DNA of 64,000 nucleotides from an uncultured Bacilli bacterium (GTDB lineage Bacteria; Bacillota_I; Bacilli_A; RF39; UBA660): NCBI GenBank assembly GCA_910586295.1, contig CAJUGE010000011.1, positions 22,798 to 86,797 of the forward strand, read 5' to 3'. Shown piece by piece: positions 52,267 to 62,306 of this stretch (position 1 is its first letter; each line of letters starts with the position of its first letter). The notes under the pieces were generated by a model. It saw only the letters and a program-made list of their open reading frames with translations, ran no database searches and was not told where the DNA came from. The position numbers and the translations under genes were made by a program.

Positions 52267-53997
52267 ATGAAAGAGTTTCTAACCAACATAAAATTCGTAT
52301 TGGCTTACACTAAAGGTCAAAGATTAAAAATACTATGTGTATCAATTCTAAATATAGTAGGAGTGTTCCTATCAGTAGTTAGTCCAATAATAGGTGCAAA
52401 AGTTATAATGAATATTACCAACGAAAATTTATCACAACTATTTTTAATGGCCATATTTATGTTAATATTAGGTATCGTAGAAAACTTACAAATGTTCCTA
52501 GCACAAACATGTAGTTATATCTCTTTTAGAGAAACATTCAACAACATGCAAATTAACCTAGGCGAAAATATATTACAATTAGAAAATAAAGTATTTGACG
52601 AAAATGGCTCTGGAGTATTTATGGAAAGATTAACAGGCGACACAAATTCTCTAGCAACGATATTCAATTCTCTTAATTCCAATATATTTGGAATAATAAG
52701 TAAAATCGGAATATACATAGCAATATTCTATATAAGTAAAACTATATTTTTTGTTACAATAATTATGGTAATCATAAGATTTTTAATAGAAAGAAAACGT
52801 GCAAAACTAGTAAATGAGAAAGATAAAGAAAGAAGGAAAAATCAAGAAAAGCTATCAGGCTTTGTAGGAGAGCTAGTTAGAGGAGCTAGAGATATCAAAA
52901 TGTTAAATACAGAAAAAACATTCACTGATGAACTAGAAAAAAGAGCAAGTACTGTCAATAAATCTGAATATGAACGCTCAAATATAACAAATAAATATTA
53001 CCTTTTAAGAAGATTTGTAAGAGACTCTATGAATTTAATTCTAATTGTATTATGTGTAATATTAATAAAAAATAAAATACTTTCACTTGCCTCTGCCATA
53101 ATTATATATAACTACTCTTTTAAAGTCTCAGGAATAGCCGAAATGGCAGGCAACCTTATAGATAGAATAAAGAATTTTAATTTATCATGTTCAAGAATAA
53201 TTGCCTTAACATCTAATAAAGAACTTAAAAAGGAAAATTTTGGTGCAACTCACCTACCTCACATTAATGGAAACTTTGAATTTAAAAATGTTCACTTCTC
53301 TTATGGAAAAGAAAAAGTCCTTAAAGGAATAAACTTCAAAGTAAATGCAAACGAAACAGTAGCGTTCGTAGGAAAAAGTGGAGCAGGAAAAACAACTATA
53401 TTTAACTTACTATGCAAAATGTATGAACCACAAAAAGGAACAATAACAATAGATGGAAAGAATATAAAAAATTTAGACAAAGACACTATAAGAGGAAACA
53501 TAACAATAATAAGTCAAAACCCTTATATTTTTAACATGACAATAAGAGAAAACTTAAACCTAGTAAAAGAAGACTTAACAGAAAATGAAATGATAGAATC
53601 ATGCAAAATTGCTTGTCTTCACGATTTTATTATGACATTAGAAAATCAATATGACACAGTAATTGGTGAAGGTGGAGTGAATTTAAGTGGTGGACAAAAA
53701 CAGCGTTTAGCAATAGCAAGAGCCCTAATTCAAAAAACAGAAATAATACTATTTGACGAAGCAACCTCTGCTTTAGATAATGAAACCCAAGAATTAATTC
53801 AAGAATCTATAGAAAACATGAAAGGTAAATATACAATATTAATAATTGCGCATAGATTATCAACAATAAAAAATTCAGATAAAATAATATTCATAAATGA
53901 TGGTATTGTAGAAAAAGTTGGTACACACAAAGAATTACTAAAAGAATGTCCAACCTATAAAAACCTATATAAAACAAAAATAAGAAATGAGGAATAA
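52267..53997 (+). CDS. ABC exporter, fused permease/ATPase (576 aa), subunit 1 of a tandem pair
   Basis: Six TM helices then Walker A GKSGAGKTT, LSGGQKQRLAIARA, Walker B ILFDEATSALD. Confidence 0.85.
   Translation: MKEFLTNIKFVLAYTKGQRLKILCVSILNIVGVFLSVVSPIIGAKVIMNITNENLSQLFLMAIFMLILGIVENLQMFLAQTCSYISFRETFNNMQINLGENILQLENKVFDENGSGVFMERLTGDTNSLATIFNSLNSNIFGIISKIGIYIAIFYISKTIFFVTIIMVIIRFLIERKRAKLVNEKDKERRKNQEKLSGFVGELVRGARDIKMLNTEKTFTDELEKRASTVNKSEYERSNITNKYYLLRRFVRDSMNLILIVLCVILIKNKILSLASAIIIYNYSFKVSGIAEMAGNLIDRIKNFNLSCSRIIALTSNKELKKENFGATHLPHINGNFEFKNVHFSYGKEKVLKGINFKVNANETVAFVGKSGAGKTTIFNLLCKMYEPQKGTITIDGKNIKNLDKDTIRGNITIISQNPYIFNMTIRENLNLVKEDLTENEMIESCKIACLHDFIMTLENQYDTVIGEGGVNLSGGQKQRLAIARALIQKTEIILFDEATSALDNETQELIQESIENMKGKYTILIIAHRLSTIKNSDKIIFINDGIVEKVGTHKELLKECPTYKNLYKTKIRNEE
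53224..53600 (+). repeat. Direct repeat copy A (NBD-coding, about 375 bp, about 95% identical to 54958-55334)
   Basis: Long near-identical nucleotide runs between the two ABC genes (e.g. aaatgttcacttctcttatggaaaagaaaaagtccttaaaggaataaacttcaaagtaaatgcaaacgaaacagtagc). Confidence 0.8.
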
Positions 53998-53999
53998 AG

Positions 54000-55730
54000 A
54001 TGAAAGAATTTTGGAAAAACATTAAACTTACTTGGAAATATACAAAAGACCAAAAGACAACTCTTATAAAATACATAATTGTAACAATACTTAATATTAT
54101 AGTCGCTCTTTTAATTCCTATTTTATCTGCACAACTAATACTAAAACTAACTAATAACCAATTATATCAACTTATATTTATAGGATTAATAATATATTTA
54201 GTTGAAAACATTTACAATATAATAAGCTACTTATCTACAAGATATTATCAAATAATAAGAAGAGAAAGTTATACAAGAATACAAAAAGATTTAGGAAGCA
54301 ATATTTTAAATTTAGAAGTGGAAACATTAGATAAAAATAGTTCTGGAGTTTTCATTCAAAGACTAACTAGAGACACAGAAGAATTATCAATAATTTTTAA
54401 TGAAATAATATATAAACTAGATAATTTAATAACTAACATAAGTATCTTTCTCGCAATATTTATAATTAATAAAATAGTGTTTATTTATCTTATATTTATG
54501 ATACTTGTATTGTATCTTATAGAAAAGAGAAAATTAAAAAAGATAAACGTTAAAGACAAAGAGTTTAGAGAGAAAAATGAGAGAACAACTGGTTTTATTG
54601 GAGAATTAGTTAGAGGTGTAAGAGATATTAAAATGCTAAATTCTGAAGATAGTTTTATGAACGCTCTTAAAGCAAACATAAAAGATACCAATAAAACAAG
54701 ACACGAACTTCAAAGCATATACAGAGTATACTTTTATATATCATCTAATATTAAAGATTTAATGTATTGTATGTTATTAATATTATTTATACTATTAATA
54801 AAAAGTAACAAATTATCTGGAGCTAATGCTTTAATCATATATAATTTTAGTGAAAGAGTTTTATCAGTTTTATATAGTATAAGCAGTATTCAAAAAAGAA
54901 TAAAATCATTTAACTTATCTTGTAAAAGAATTTATGAAGTAATAGATAGTGATAAATTTAAAAAGGAAAACTTTGGTACAACCCACCTACCCCACATCAA
55001 TGGAGATTTTGAATTTAAAAATGTTCACTTCTCTTACGGAAAAGAAAAAGTCCTTAAAGGAATAAACTTCAAAGTAAATGCAAACGAAACAGTAGCATTC
55101 GTAGGAAAAAGTGGAGCAGGAAAAACAACTATATTTAACTTACTATGCAAAATGTATGAACCACAAAAAGGAACTATAACGATAGACGGAAAGAATATAA
55201 AAAAGTTAGACAAAGACACTATAAGAGGAAACATAACAATAATAAGTCAAAACCCTTATATATTTAACATGACAATAAGAGAAAACTTAAACCTAGTAAA
55301 AGAAAACTTAACAGAAAATGAAATGATAGAAGCCTGCAAATTAGCATGCTTACATGACTACATAATGACTTTGCCAGATAAGTATGACACAGCAATTGGT
55401 GAAGGTGGAGTAAACTTAAGCGGTGGACAAAAACAACGACTAGCAATCGCAAGGGCATTCGTCCAAAAAACAGAAATAATATTATTTGACGAAGCGACTT
55501 CTGCACTAGATAACGAAACACAAGCCCAAATACAAAAAGCGATAGAAAACATGAAGAAAGACTACACAATACTAATAATCGCCCACAGACTATCAACAAT
55601 AATAAATGCAGATAGAATACTATATATAGAAGATGGAATTGTAAAAAGTGAAGGAACACACAAAGAACTATTAAAAAACTGTGAAAGCTATAAAAAGCTA
55701 TATAAAAGTGAATTAAAAAATAGAAAGTAA
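54000..55730 (+). CDS. ABC exporter, fused permease/ATPase (576 aa), subunit 2 of a tandem pair
   Basis: Same architecture and exact length; TMD about 40% identical to subunit 1, NBD about 90% identical. Confidence 0.85.
   Translation: MKEFWKNIKLTWKYTKDQKTTLIKYIIVTILNIIVALLIPILSAQLILKLTNNQLYQLIFIGLIIYLVENIYNIISYLSTRYYQIIRRESYTRIQKDLGSNILNLEVETLDKNSSGVFIQRLTRDTEELSIIFNEIIYKLDNLITNISIFLAIFIINKIVFIYLIFMILVLYLIEKRKLKKINVKDKEFREKNERTTGFIGELVRGVRDIKMLNSEDSFMNALKANIKDTNKTRHELQSIYRVYFYISSNIKDLMYCMLLILFILLIKSNKLSGANALIIYNFSERVLSVLYSISSIQKRIKSFNLSCKRIYEVIDSDKFKKENFGTTHLPHINGDFEFKNVHFSYGKEKVLKGINFKVNANETVAFVGKSGAGKTTIFNLLCKMYEPQKGTITIDGKNIKKLDKDTIRGNITIISQNPYIFNMTIRENLNLVKENLTENEMIEACKLACLHDYIMTLPDKYDTAIGEGGVNLSGGQKQRLAIARAFVQKTEIILFDEATSALDNETQAQIQKAIENMKKDYTILIIAHRLSTIINADRILYIEDGIVKSEGTHKELLKNCESYKKLYKSELKNRK
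54958..55334 (+). repeat. Direct repeat copy B (see 53224-53600)
   Basis: Same as copy A; offset 1734 bp, equal to one gene length. Confidence 0.8.
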
Positions 55731-55741
55731 AGGTGTTTATA

Positions 55742-56296
55742 ATGAAAAAAGGAAAAGTAGTAATAATAAGTGGAAACAAGCGAGCAGGAAAAACAACTTT
55801 AACAATAAAATTGCATAAAGAGTTAGGGTTTAACTTTTATAATTTTGATACTCTAACAGACTCTATTGAAGAAGTACACTCTAACTTAGAAGGAGATCCT
55901 TATTATATAAAACTATTAGAAGAAATGGTAAAATTCGCCTTAGAATTCGCAGAAAACTATGGAGTTAACTCTGTTTTTGAATATATTGATTTTACTCCAG
56001 AATTAATGGCAAACTTTAAATATAAAGAACAAGTAGAAATTTACTATCTTGCTAATCTTGAAGCAAATAAAGATAATATAAGAGAAGATATGAAAAAATA
56101 TTCTAAACCTTTTGACTGGCCAGCATATTGTTCAAAAGAAGACGTAGAAAGAAATGTTAAATTTATATTAAAATTTAATGAAGAGCTAGTTAATGAATGT
56201 AAAAAATATGGATTTAATTTAATAAACACTAAACGTGGTGAAGAAAGAAGCAAAGTCTTAAATGAACTAACAAAACAAATATCAGAAACTATGTAG
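55742..56296 (+). CDS. Small P-loop NTPase / kinase-like protein (AAA_33-like)
   Basis: Walker A GNKRAGKTT near the N-terminus; about 185 aa. Confidence 0.5.
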   Translation: MKKGKVVIISGNKRAGKTTLTIKLHKELGFNFYNFDTLTDSIEEVHSNLEGDPYYIKLLEEMVKFALEFAENYGVNSVFEYIDFTPELMANFKYKEQVEIYYLANLEANKDNIREDMKKYSKPFDWPAYCSKEDVERNVKFILKFNEELVNECKKYGFNLINTKRGEERSKVLNELTKQISETM

Positions 56297-56416
56297 GAAT
56301 AATACTTCATAGTTTTTATTTACTCCCCTACTTTTATGTAAACTTTTATCAAATATTTAATGAATAAATAGACTAAAAAAATAAATAATGATATTATTAC
56401 TTTAAGGAGACTAAAT

Positions 56417-56989
56417 ATGAAAGAGATAACAAGCGATATAGTTGAAAAAATAAAAAAGATATTAAATAAAGTCTATGAAGATGACCAGAAATATAGAAAA
56501 AATTCTAAAGAATTTTTAGACAAATATGGTCCGAATTCTAACGAAGTACAAGAAGCACTAAAAGAACAAGCAAGACTAGATAAATTAAATTTAGAAAGAA
56601 TAGAAGTAATTTTAGAACAATATGGATGGGTAAGTGAAGACATTGTAGGTTTCAAAGAAAGTGAAGCAATATTTTTAGTTATTCAACATGCTAGTTTAGA
56701 AACGCAGATGAAATACTACCCTATTATGGAAAACGCTGTTAAACTAGGAAATGCTAGAAAATGTGACCTAGCAATGTTAGAAGATAGAATACTAGTAAAA
56801 CAAGGAAAAGAGCAAATATATGGAACACAAATTATTTATAATGAAGATAGGAAACAATATGAATTAGAACCGCTTGCCAACCCAGAAACAGTAGAAGATA
56901 GAAGAAAAAGCGTAGACCTTCCTCCGATGAATGAATACTTAGCTCTCTATGGTTTATCATGGGAAAATGGAATTACTAAAACAAAATAA
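56417..56989 (+). CDS. Conserved hypothetical protein, paralog A (DUF-type family, about 190 aa)
   Basis: Shares ILxKVYxDDQKxR ... YGW ... FLVIQHA ... QIYGTQ ... RRKxV with 58330-58899 (about 45% identity). Confidence 0.6.
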   Translation: MKEITSDIVEKIKKILNKVYEDDQKYRKNSKEFLDKYGPNSNEVQEALKEQARLDKLNLERIEVILEQYGWVSEDIVGFKESEAIFLVIQHASLETQMKYYPIMENAVKLGNARKCDLAMLEDRILVKQGKEQIYGTQIIYNEDRKQYELEPLANPETVEDRRKSVDLPPMNEYLALYGLSWENGITKTK

Positions 56990-57100
56990 GTTTTTCCAGT
57001 CAAACAAAAAAGTTAGGAAAACAAAAAGTTTTTCCAGTATATCCAAAAAACTTTGAAAAAATCATATTCTGTTATATAATATATAAAGAGGTTAATAATT

Positions 57101-58301
57101 ATGATAATAAGAGAAAGATATCTAAAAAAAATAAGAGACTTTTACAATGTAACTTCATTAATCAAAGTTTTATGTGGTCTTAGAAGAAGTGGAAAATCTG
57201 TAATATTAAAACAAATAATTGAAGAATTAAAAAGTTTAAAGATAGAAGAGAATCATATTATATATAAACTTTGAATCACTTGAGTATTCTGAAATAACAA
57301 ACGCAAAAGAACTAGATAAATATATTAAAGACTTAATTAAAGATAAAGACATATATTATGTTTTTTTAGACGAAGTGCAAAAAGTAAAAGATTTTGAATT
57401 AGCAATAAATTCACTTAGAGTTACTGACCAAATAAGCATATTTATAACGGGTTCAAACAGTAAAATGACATTTTTAGAACTTTCAACAGATTTATCAGGA
57501 AGATATGTAAGTTTCAAAGTAAACCCACTTTCATTTAAAGAAATAGTATTACTAACAAATACTCCAAAAGAAGATTATAAGAATCTATTACTAGATATAT
57601 TTGAATGGGGAAGCCTCCCACAAAGATTTATGTTTGATAACATAGAATCTAGACAAAACTATATATTAGATGTTTACGACTCAATTCTTCTAAAAGATGT
57701 AGTAGAAAGACTAGGGATTACTGACATTACATCATTTAATAAAATATTACAATATGTCCTAGAAACAGAAACTAGAGAATTCTCTGCTACCAATATTCTT
57801 ACTTATCTTGAGAATAATAATAACAAAATTGCAACAGACACATTATACAAATACTTAGATGCCCTATGTTCAACATTTATAATAAATAAAGTTTATAGAT
57901 ATGACATACAAGGAAAAAATGTTTTAAAATCATTAAATAAATTTTATGCAACAGACTTAGGTGTAAAAAAGATAAAGACAAAAAATAAAAATGTTAATTA
58001 TTCTAGTTCCTTTGAAAATCTAATATATAATGAATTAATAAATAAAGGTTATGAAGTTTTCATAGGAAAAACAAATAAAGGAGAAATAGACTTCATGGCA
58101 ATTAAAAATAAGGATATAAAATACATTCAAGCCTGCTACGATTTATCGAATGAAGAAACAAGAAAAAGAGAATTTGGTGCTTTTGATTATATTTCTGATA
58201 ACTACCCTAAGTATGTAATATCGAACAATGAAGAAGATTATTCTACTAATGGCATAATACACATTAACATATTTAAGTTCCTGATGGATGAAGATTTTTA
58301 G
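57101..58301 (+). pseudogene. AAA+ ATPase (AAA_14 + DUF4143) with a frameshift in an AT-repeat/A-run at about 57255-57270
   Basis: N-terminal ORF with Walker A GLRRSGKSV stops at 57272; the +1 frame continues with Walker B YYVFLDEVQ and a DUF4143-like C-terminus; one fewer base in the tatataaac region would restore the frame. Confidence 0.6.
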
Positions 58302-58329
58302 TAGATTAAGAAAAAGGAGAAATTAAAAT

Positions 58330-58899
58330 ATGGAACTATCAGTTGAAGAAATAGAGAAAATTAAGAAAATTCTAGAAAAGGTTTATGATGATGACCAGAA
58401 GTTTAGGTCTTCAATAAACTCTAGTGAAATTGTAAAAAAATATGGAATAAACTCTAAAGAGGTAAAAGAAATACTAGACAATGGTGCTAAGTTAGATGCG
58501 ATTAATTTAGAGATAATTAAAGATATCATAAAAAATTATGGTTGGCTAGGAGAAAAAACAGTTGGTTTTAAAGCAAACATGGCCTTGTTTTTAGTAATAC
58601 AACATGCTGATTTAGAAACACAGTTACAATATTTACCAATAATGGAACAAGCAGCTAGAGAAGGAAATTTAAGATTAAAAGAATATGCGACTTATATAGA
58701 TAGAATAGAAATAAGGCAAGGTAGAAAACAAATATATGGAACTCAGGTAAAATATAATGAAGAAATAGGATGTCATCAAGTTTTACCTATTTTAAACCCA
58801 GAAGAAGTAGATGAACGTCGTAAAGAAGTAGGATTAAACACAATGCAAGAACAACTTGCTTTTTATGGAATTGACTGGGAACAAGGAAAAACATTATAG
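58330..58899 (+). CDS. Conserved hypothetical protein, paralog B of 56417-56989
   Basis: Paralogous motifs (see paralog A); GGAG RBS. Confidence 0.6.
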   Translation: MELSVEEIEKIKKILEKVYDDDQKFRSSINSSEIVKKYGINSKEVKEILDNGAKLDAINLEIIKDIIKNYGWLGEKTVGFKANMALFLVIQHADLETQLQYLPIMEQAAREGNLRLKEYATYIDRIEIRQGRKQIYGTQVKYNEEIGCHQVLPILNPEEVDERRKEVGLNTMQEQLAFYGIDWEQGKTL

Positions 58900-58942
58900 A
58901 TAATTTAAAATAATATAGCAATAAATATAATAAGGAGCATTT

Positions 58943-59524
58943 ATGAAAATAGTTTATCATGGAAGTAAAAATGGAGAATTAAAAGAAATAGAAGCACGTA
59001 TTAGTACTCATCAAAAAAAGTGTATTTATGCAACTCAAAGTAAAGTTTTTGCTATGCTATTTATGGGTAAAGGTAAAGGAGACCTAGACACAATGATAGT
59101 GACTATAGACGGAGAACTTACTCTAGTTGAACGAAGAGAAGGAGTATTAAAATCCATATATAACACTGATGGCTACATTTATGAATTGGATGGAAGCACA
59201 TTCTCGCATTACGATTACTTAGGGAGCAAAGAGGTAATCTCATTTGAAAATAGTTTAGTTCCACTATCTAAAACACATTATAAAAACATTCTAGAAGCAC
59301 TACTACTAGAAGAAGAAAAAGGAAATCTAAAAATCTACAAGTACCCTACTCGTCCTAGAAATGTTCCACTAGATAACAGCGACTTAATAGATAAATATAT
59401 AGACTTTGAATTACAAGGCTTAACTGGAGCAGTAAAAGATTTATTAGAAGTATATCCAGAATTTACTGAAATCGTGAAAGAAAAAATGAATGAGAAAAAT
59501 CAAAATAAACTAAAAAATAGTTGA
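58943..59524 (+). CDS. Hypothetical protein (193 aa)
   Basis: AAGGAG RBS; no domain recognised. Confidence 0.5.
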   Translation: MKIVYHGSKNGELKEIEARISTHQKKCIYATQSKVFAMLFMGKGKGDLDTMIVTIDGELTLVERREGVLKSIYNTDGYIYELDGSTFSHYDYLGSKEVISFENSLVPLSKTHYKNILEALLLEEEKGNLKIYKYPTRPRNVPLDNSDLIDKYIDFELQGLTGAVKDLLEVYPEFTEIVKEKMNEKNQNKLKNS

Positions 59525-59757
59525 CCCCAGGAGCAAAGGATTCTAAATATATAAATATCTACTCCCATTCGGGAACCCAGCTTTATTCCTTCACAAGTCA
59601 ACTAAGTACTTTAATTATACCACATTTATTAAATATAAGAATGTTAAAAATACCAGAAGTAACAGAAATGGAAAGAAATATAGAACTATATCCATTCTAA
59701 ACTACAATCTCTTTAAAATAGTAATAAATCTATTGCTATTTTTTTCATCATATTTAT

Positions 59758-60642
59758 TCATATCAAAATCTCCATTCTAAAATTTTCTTTTTCAGTATAT
59801 CTATTATATAATCTATGAGGTTCTAATCTTGGAATATTTTTACTATCTAAAACCAATATTGAACCTTTTTTCTGATGCTGATAATTAGATACTATAAATT
59901 TTTTAAAATCTTCATCTAATGATAAATAATTATAAGTAGTCCACATACAATAAGACATATCATAGTCTTTAATATCAAGTTTAAAATCTCTAACATCCAT
60001 TATTTTATAATCAATATTATTATGATTGTGAATTTTTCTAGCATTTTCTATTTGTTCTTTTGAAAAATCAATTCCAGTAACTTCAAAACCACTACTAGCC
60101 ATTATATAAGCATGTCTTCCTACCCCACAACAACAATCTAAAACTTTACCATTATCTTTATTTAAATATTTTTTAAAAACATTAGTTAAAAATTGTCCTT
60201 CCTTTTCTGTATCATTGGCTAACGTGAACATATAATAATCAGAAAAATCATGATAATACTTTTTATTCTTAGCATGCTCAGTAAAACTAATATTATTGAA
60301 TTTATCTATATCACCCTTTAAATCAATAAAACTATACACAATATTACGATTACACTCTATATTTTTTGTACCATTTTTAAAATATAATACCCACTCATAT
60401 TTTGTGCTAATATCGGTAATAAATTTCTCTTTATCATTTAAATTTTCTTCCAAAATAATGTTTAAATTATCGCTACTAACTTTTAAAGAAACAAAAAATT
60501 CAACATCTTTAGACGATATAAATAATTCTACACCATATATCTTAAGTAGCATTCTTAATGTTTCCAAATTTTCATCAAATAACTTTCTATTAGTTTTATA
60601 ATCTCCTAAAATGTCAAAGTCTATCAATACTTTAATATTCAT
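59758..60642 (-). CDS. Class I SAM-dependent methyltransferase with an N-terminal extension
   Basis: Motif I VLDCCCGVGRH and downstream D/E acidic loop (GIDFS) in the C-terminal half. Confidence 0.65.
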   Translation of the reverse strand: MNIKVLIDFDILGDYKTNRKLFDENLETLRMLLKIYGVELFISSKDVEFFVSLKVSSDNLNIILEENLNDKEKFITDISTKYEWVLYFKNGTKNIECNRNIVYSFIDLKGDIDKFNNISFTEHAKNKKYYHDFSDYYMFTLANDTEKEGQFLTNVFKKYLNKDNGKVLDCCCGVGRHAYIMASSGFEVTGIDFSKEQIENARKIHNHNNIDYKIMDVRDFKLDIKDYDMSYCMWTTYNYLSLDEDFKKFIVSNYQHQKKGSILVLDSKNIPRLEPHRLYNRYTEKENFRMEILI

Positions 60643-60989
60643 AAAAACCTCCGATTCATATACATAAATTATACAATAAACAAATTCAAATAAAAACTAT
60701 AAATTAATAAAAGTACCTTAAGTTAGACTGTAATCTATTTTTAATATAAAGAGATGAATAATGTTGAAAACACATATTAAGTGAATCTAAAAATAATAAT
60801 TGATAGAATTAACGATATATAGATATACTATTAAAAACAACTTAAAATCCGGTTTAAAGTAACTGAATTTTTTTATTTCGCTCCCCTATTCTACTCCTAA
60901 AATTCAAATAGTTACATATATTTAATAGATACCTATAATTAATAGAAAAATGCTCACGAATAAAAATTGAAACTTTTGTGAAAAAAATG

Positions 60990-61018
60990 TTGCAATTTCC
61001 CTAAATGTGTTATACAAT
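60990..61018 (+). promoter_or_regulatory. Sigma-A-type promoter of the S10 ribosomal operon: TTGCAA-17-TACAAT (about 127-nt leader follows)
   Basis: Near-consensus hexamers; the only GC-normal, structured-looking leader (61019-61145) precedes the GGAGGG RBS of rpsJ. Confidence 0.55.
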
Positions 61019-61145
61019 GGATACTGTATGACTGCAGGGAAGCATAAGGTTGCTGATACACCCGGTTAAGTTGTAAAGATTTAATTTAGTATCAGGTAAT
61101 TTATGTCGAGCAAGTCTATTAGAAATAGGCGAAGGAGGGTAAACA

Positions 61146-61454
61146 ATGGCAAAAGAGAAAGTTCGTATCAGACTAAAAGCTTACGACCATAGAATATTGG
61201 ACGGAGCAGCAAGCAAGATTGTTGATACAGTAAAAAGAACAGGTGGTATAGTATCAGGACCAGTTCCACTACCAACTGACATAGAAAAATTCACAATCTT
61301 AAGAGCGGTTCACAAATACAAAGATTCACGTGAACAGTTCGAGATGCGTACACACAAAAGATTAATTGATATTGAAAGTCCAAGTAAAGAAACAGTTGAT
61401 GCATTATCACACTTAGACTTACCTAGTGGAGTAGATATCGAAATTAAAATGTAG
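61146..61454 (+). CDS. rpsJ: 30S ribosomal protein S10
   Basis: [19 protein letters not shown] canonical S10 N-terminus. Confidence 0.97.
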   Translation: MAKEKVRIRLKAYDHRILDGAASKIVDTVKRTGGIVSGPVPLPTDIEKFTILRAVHKYKDSREQFEMRTHKRLIDIESPSKETVDALSHLDLPSGVDIEIKM

Positions 61455-61475
61455 AAATTATAGGGAGGAAACAAA

Positions 61476-62306
61476 ATGACAAAAGGAATCTTAGGCCGTA
61501 AAGTTGGAATGACTGAAGTATTCACAACTGACGGAAAACTTATACCTGTAACTGTAGTTGAAGTTGAATCTAACGTTGTGACTCAAGTCAAAACAGTAGA
61601 AAAAGATGGGTATAACAGCATTCAATTAGGTGCTTTCAACAAACGTGAAAAAGTATCTAATAAACCAGAAATGGGACATGCTAAAAAAGCAAACACTACA
61701 CCTAAGCGCTTCTTAAAAGAAATAAAAGGGTTAGATGTCACTTCATACGAAGTAGGACAAGTAATTGGTGTAGACACATTTGAAGCTGGAGAATTGGTAG
61801 ATGTAACAGGAACATCAAAAGGTAAAGGCTTCCAAGGAACAATAAAGAGACATAACTTCTCACGTGGACCAATGACACACGGTTCTCACTATCACAGACG
61901 TCCAGGATCTCGTGGATCAATGTTGCCAATGAGAGTCTTAAAAGGTAAAAAATTACCAGGACATATGGGAAATGAACAAGTAACTATACAAAATCTTGAA
62001 ATAATTGCAGTAGATGTAGAAAATAGTTGCTTACTAATAAGTGGAAATGTTCCAGGACCTAAAAAGGGTTATGTGTTAATAAGAACAGCAGTTAAAAATG
62101 GTGGAAAAAATGAAGCAAAAGAATTAGTTTCATATGTTGTTGAAGAAATAGAAGAAACTACAAATGAAGTTATAACTGAAGAAACAGAGAATGTTGAAAA
62201 TACTCCAGTTGAAACAGAAGAAGTAGTAGAAACTACAGAAGAAACAGCTGAAACACCAACTGAAGAAGTAAACGAAGAAACTTCACAAAAGGAAGGTGAA
62301 GAATAA
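61476..62306 (+). CDS. rplC: 50S ribosomal protein L3 with an about 70-aa acidic (E/T-rich) C-terminal extension
   Basis: Canonical L3 core to about residue 205, then [56 protein letters not shown]. Confidence 0.95.
   Translation: MTKGILGRKVGMTEVFTTDGKLIPVTVVEVESNVVTQVKTVEKDGYNSIQLGAFNKREKVSNKPEMGHAKKANTTPKRFLKEIKGLDVTSYEVGQVIGVDTFEAGELVDVTGTSKGKGFQGTIKRHNFSRGPMTHGSHYHRRPGSRGSMLPMRVLKGKKLPGHMGNEQVTIQNLEIIAVDVENSCLLISGNVPGPKKGYVLIRTAVKNGGKNEAKELVSYVVEEIEETTNEVITEETENVENTPVETEEVVETTEETAETPTEEVNEETSQKEGEE

Noticed and set aside
55264-55779. 171-aa minus-strand ORF overlapping the ABC-2 3' end and the kinase-like gene
   Set aside because: Leu/Phe-rich antisense translation of AT-rich coding DNA.
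61311-61335. parS-like sequence GATTCACGTGAACAG inside rpsJ
   Set aside because: Only about 11/16 match to the parS consensus, and it lies within a highly conserved coding region; likely chance.
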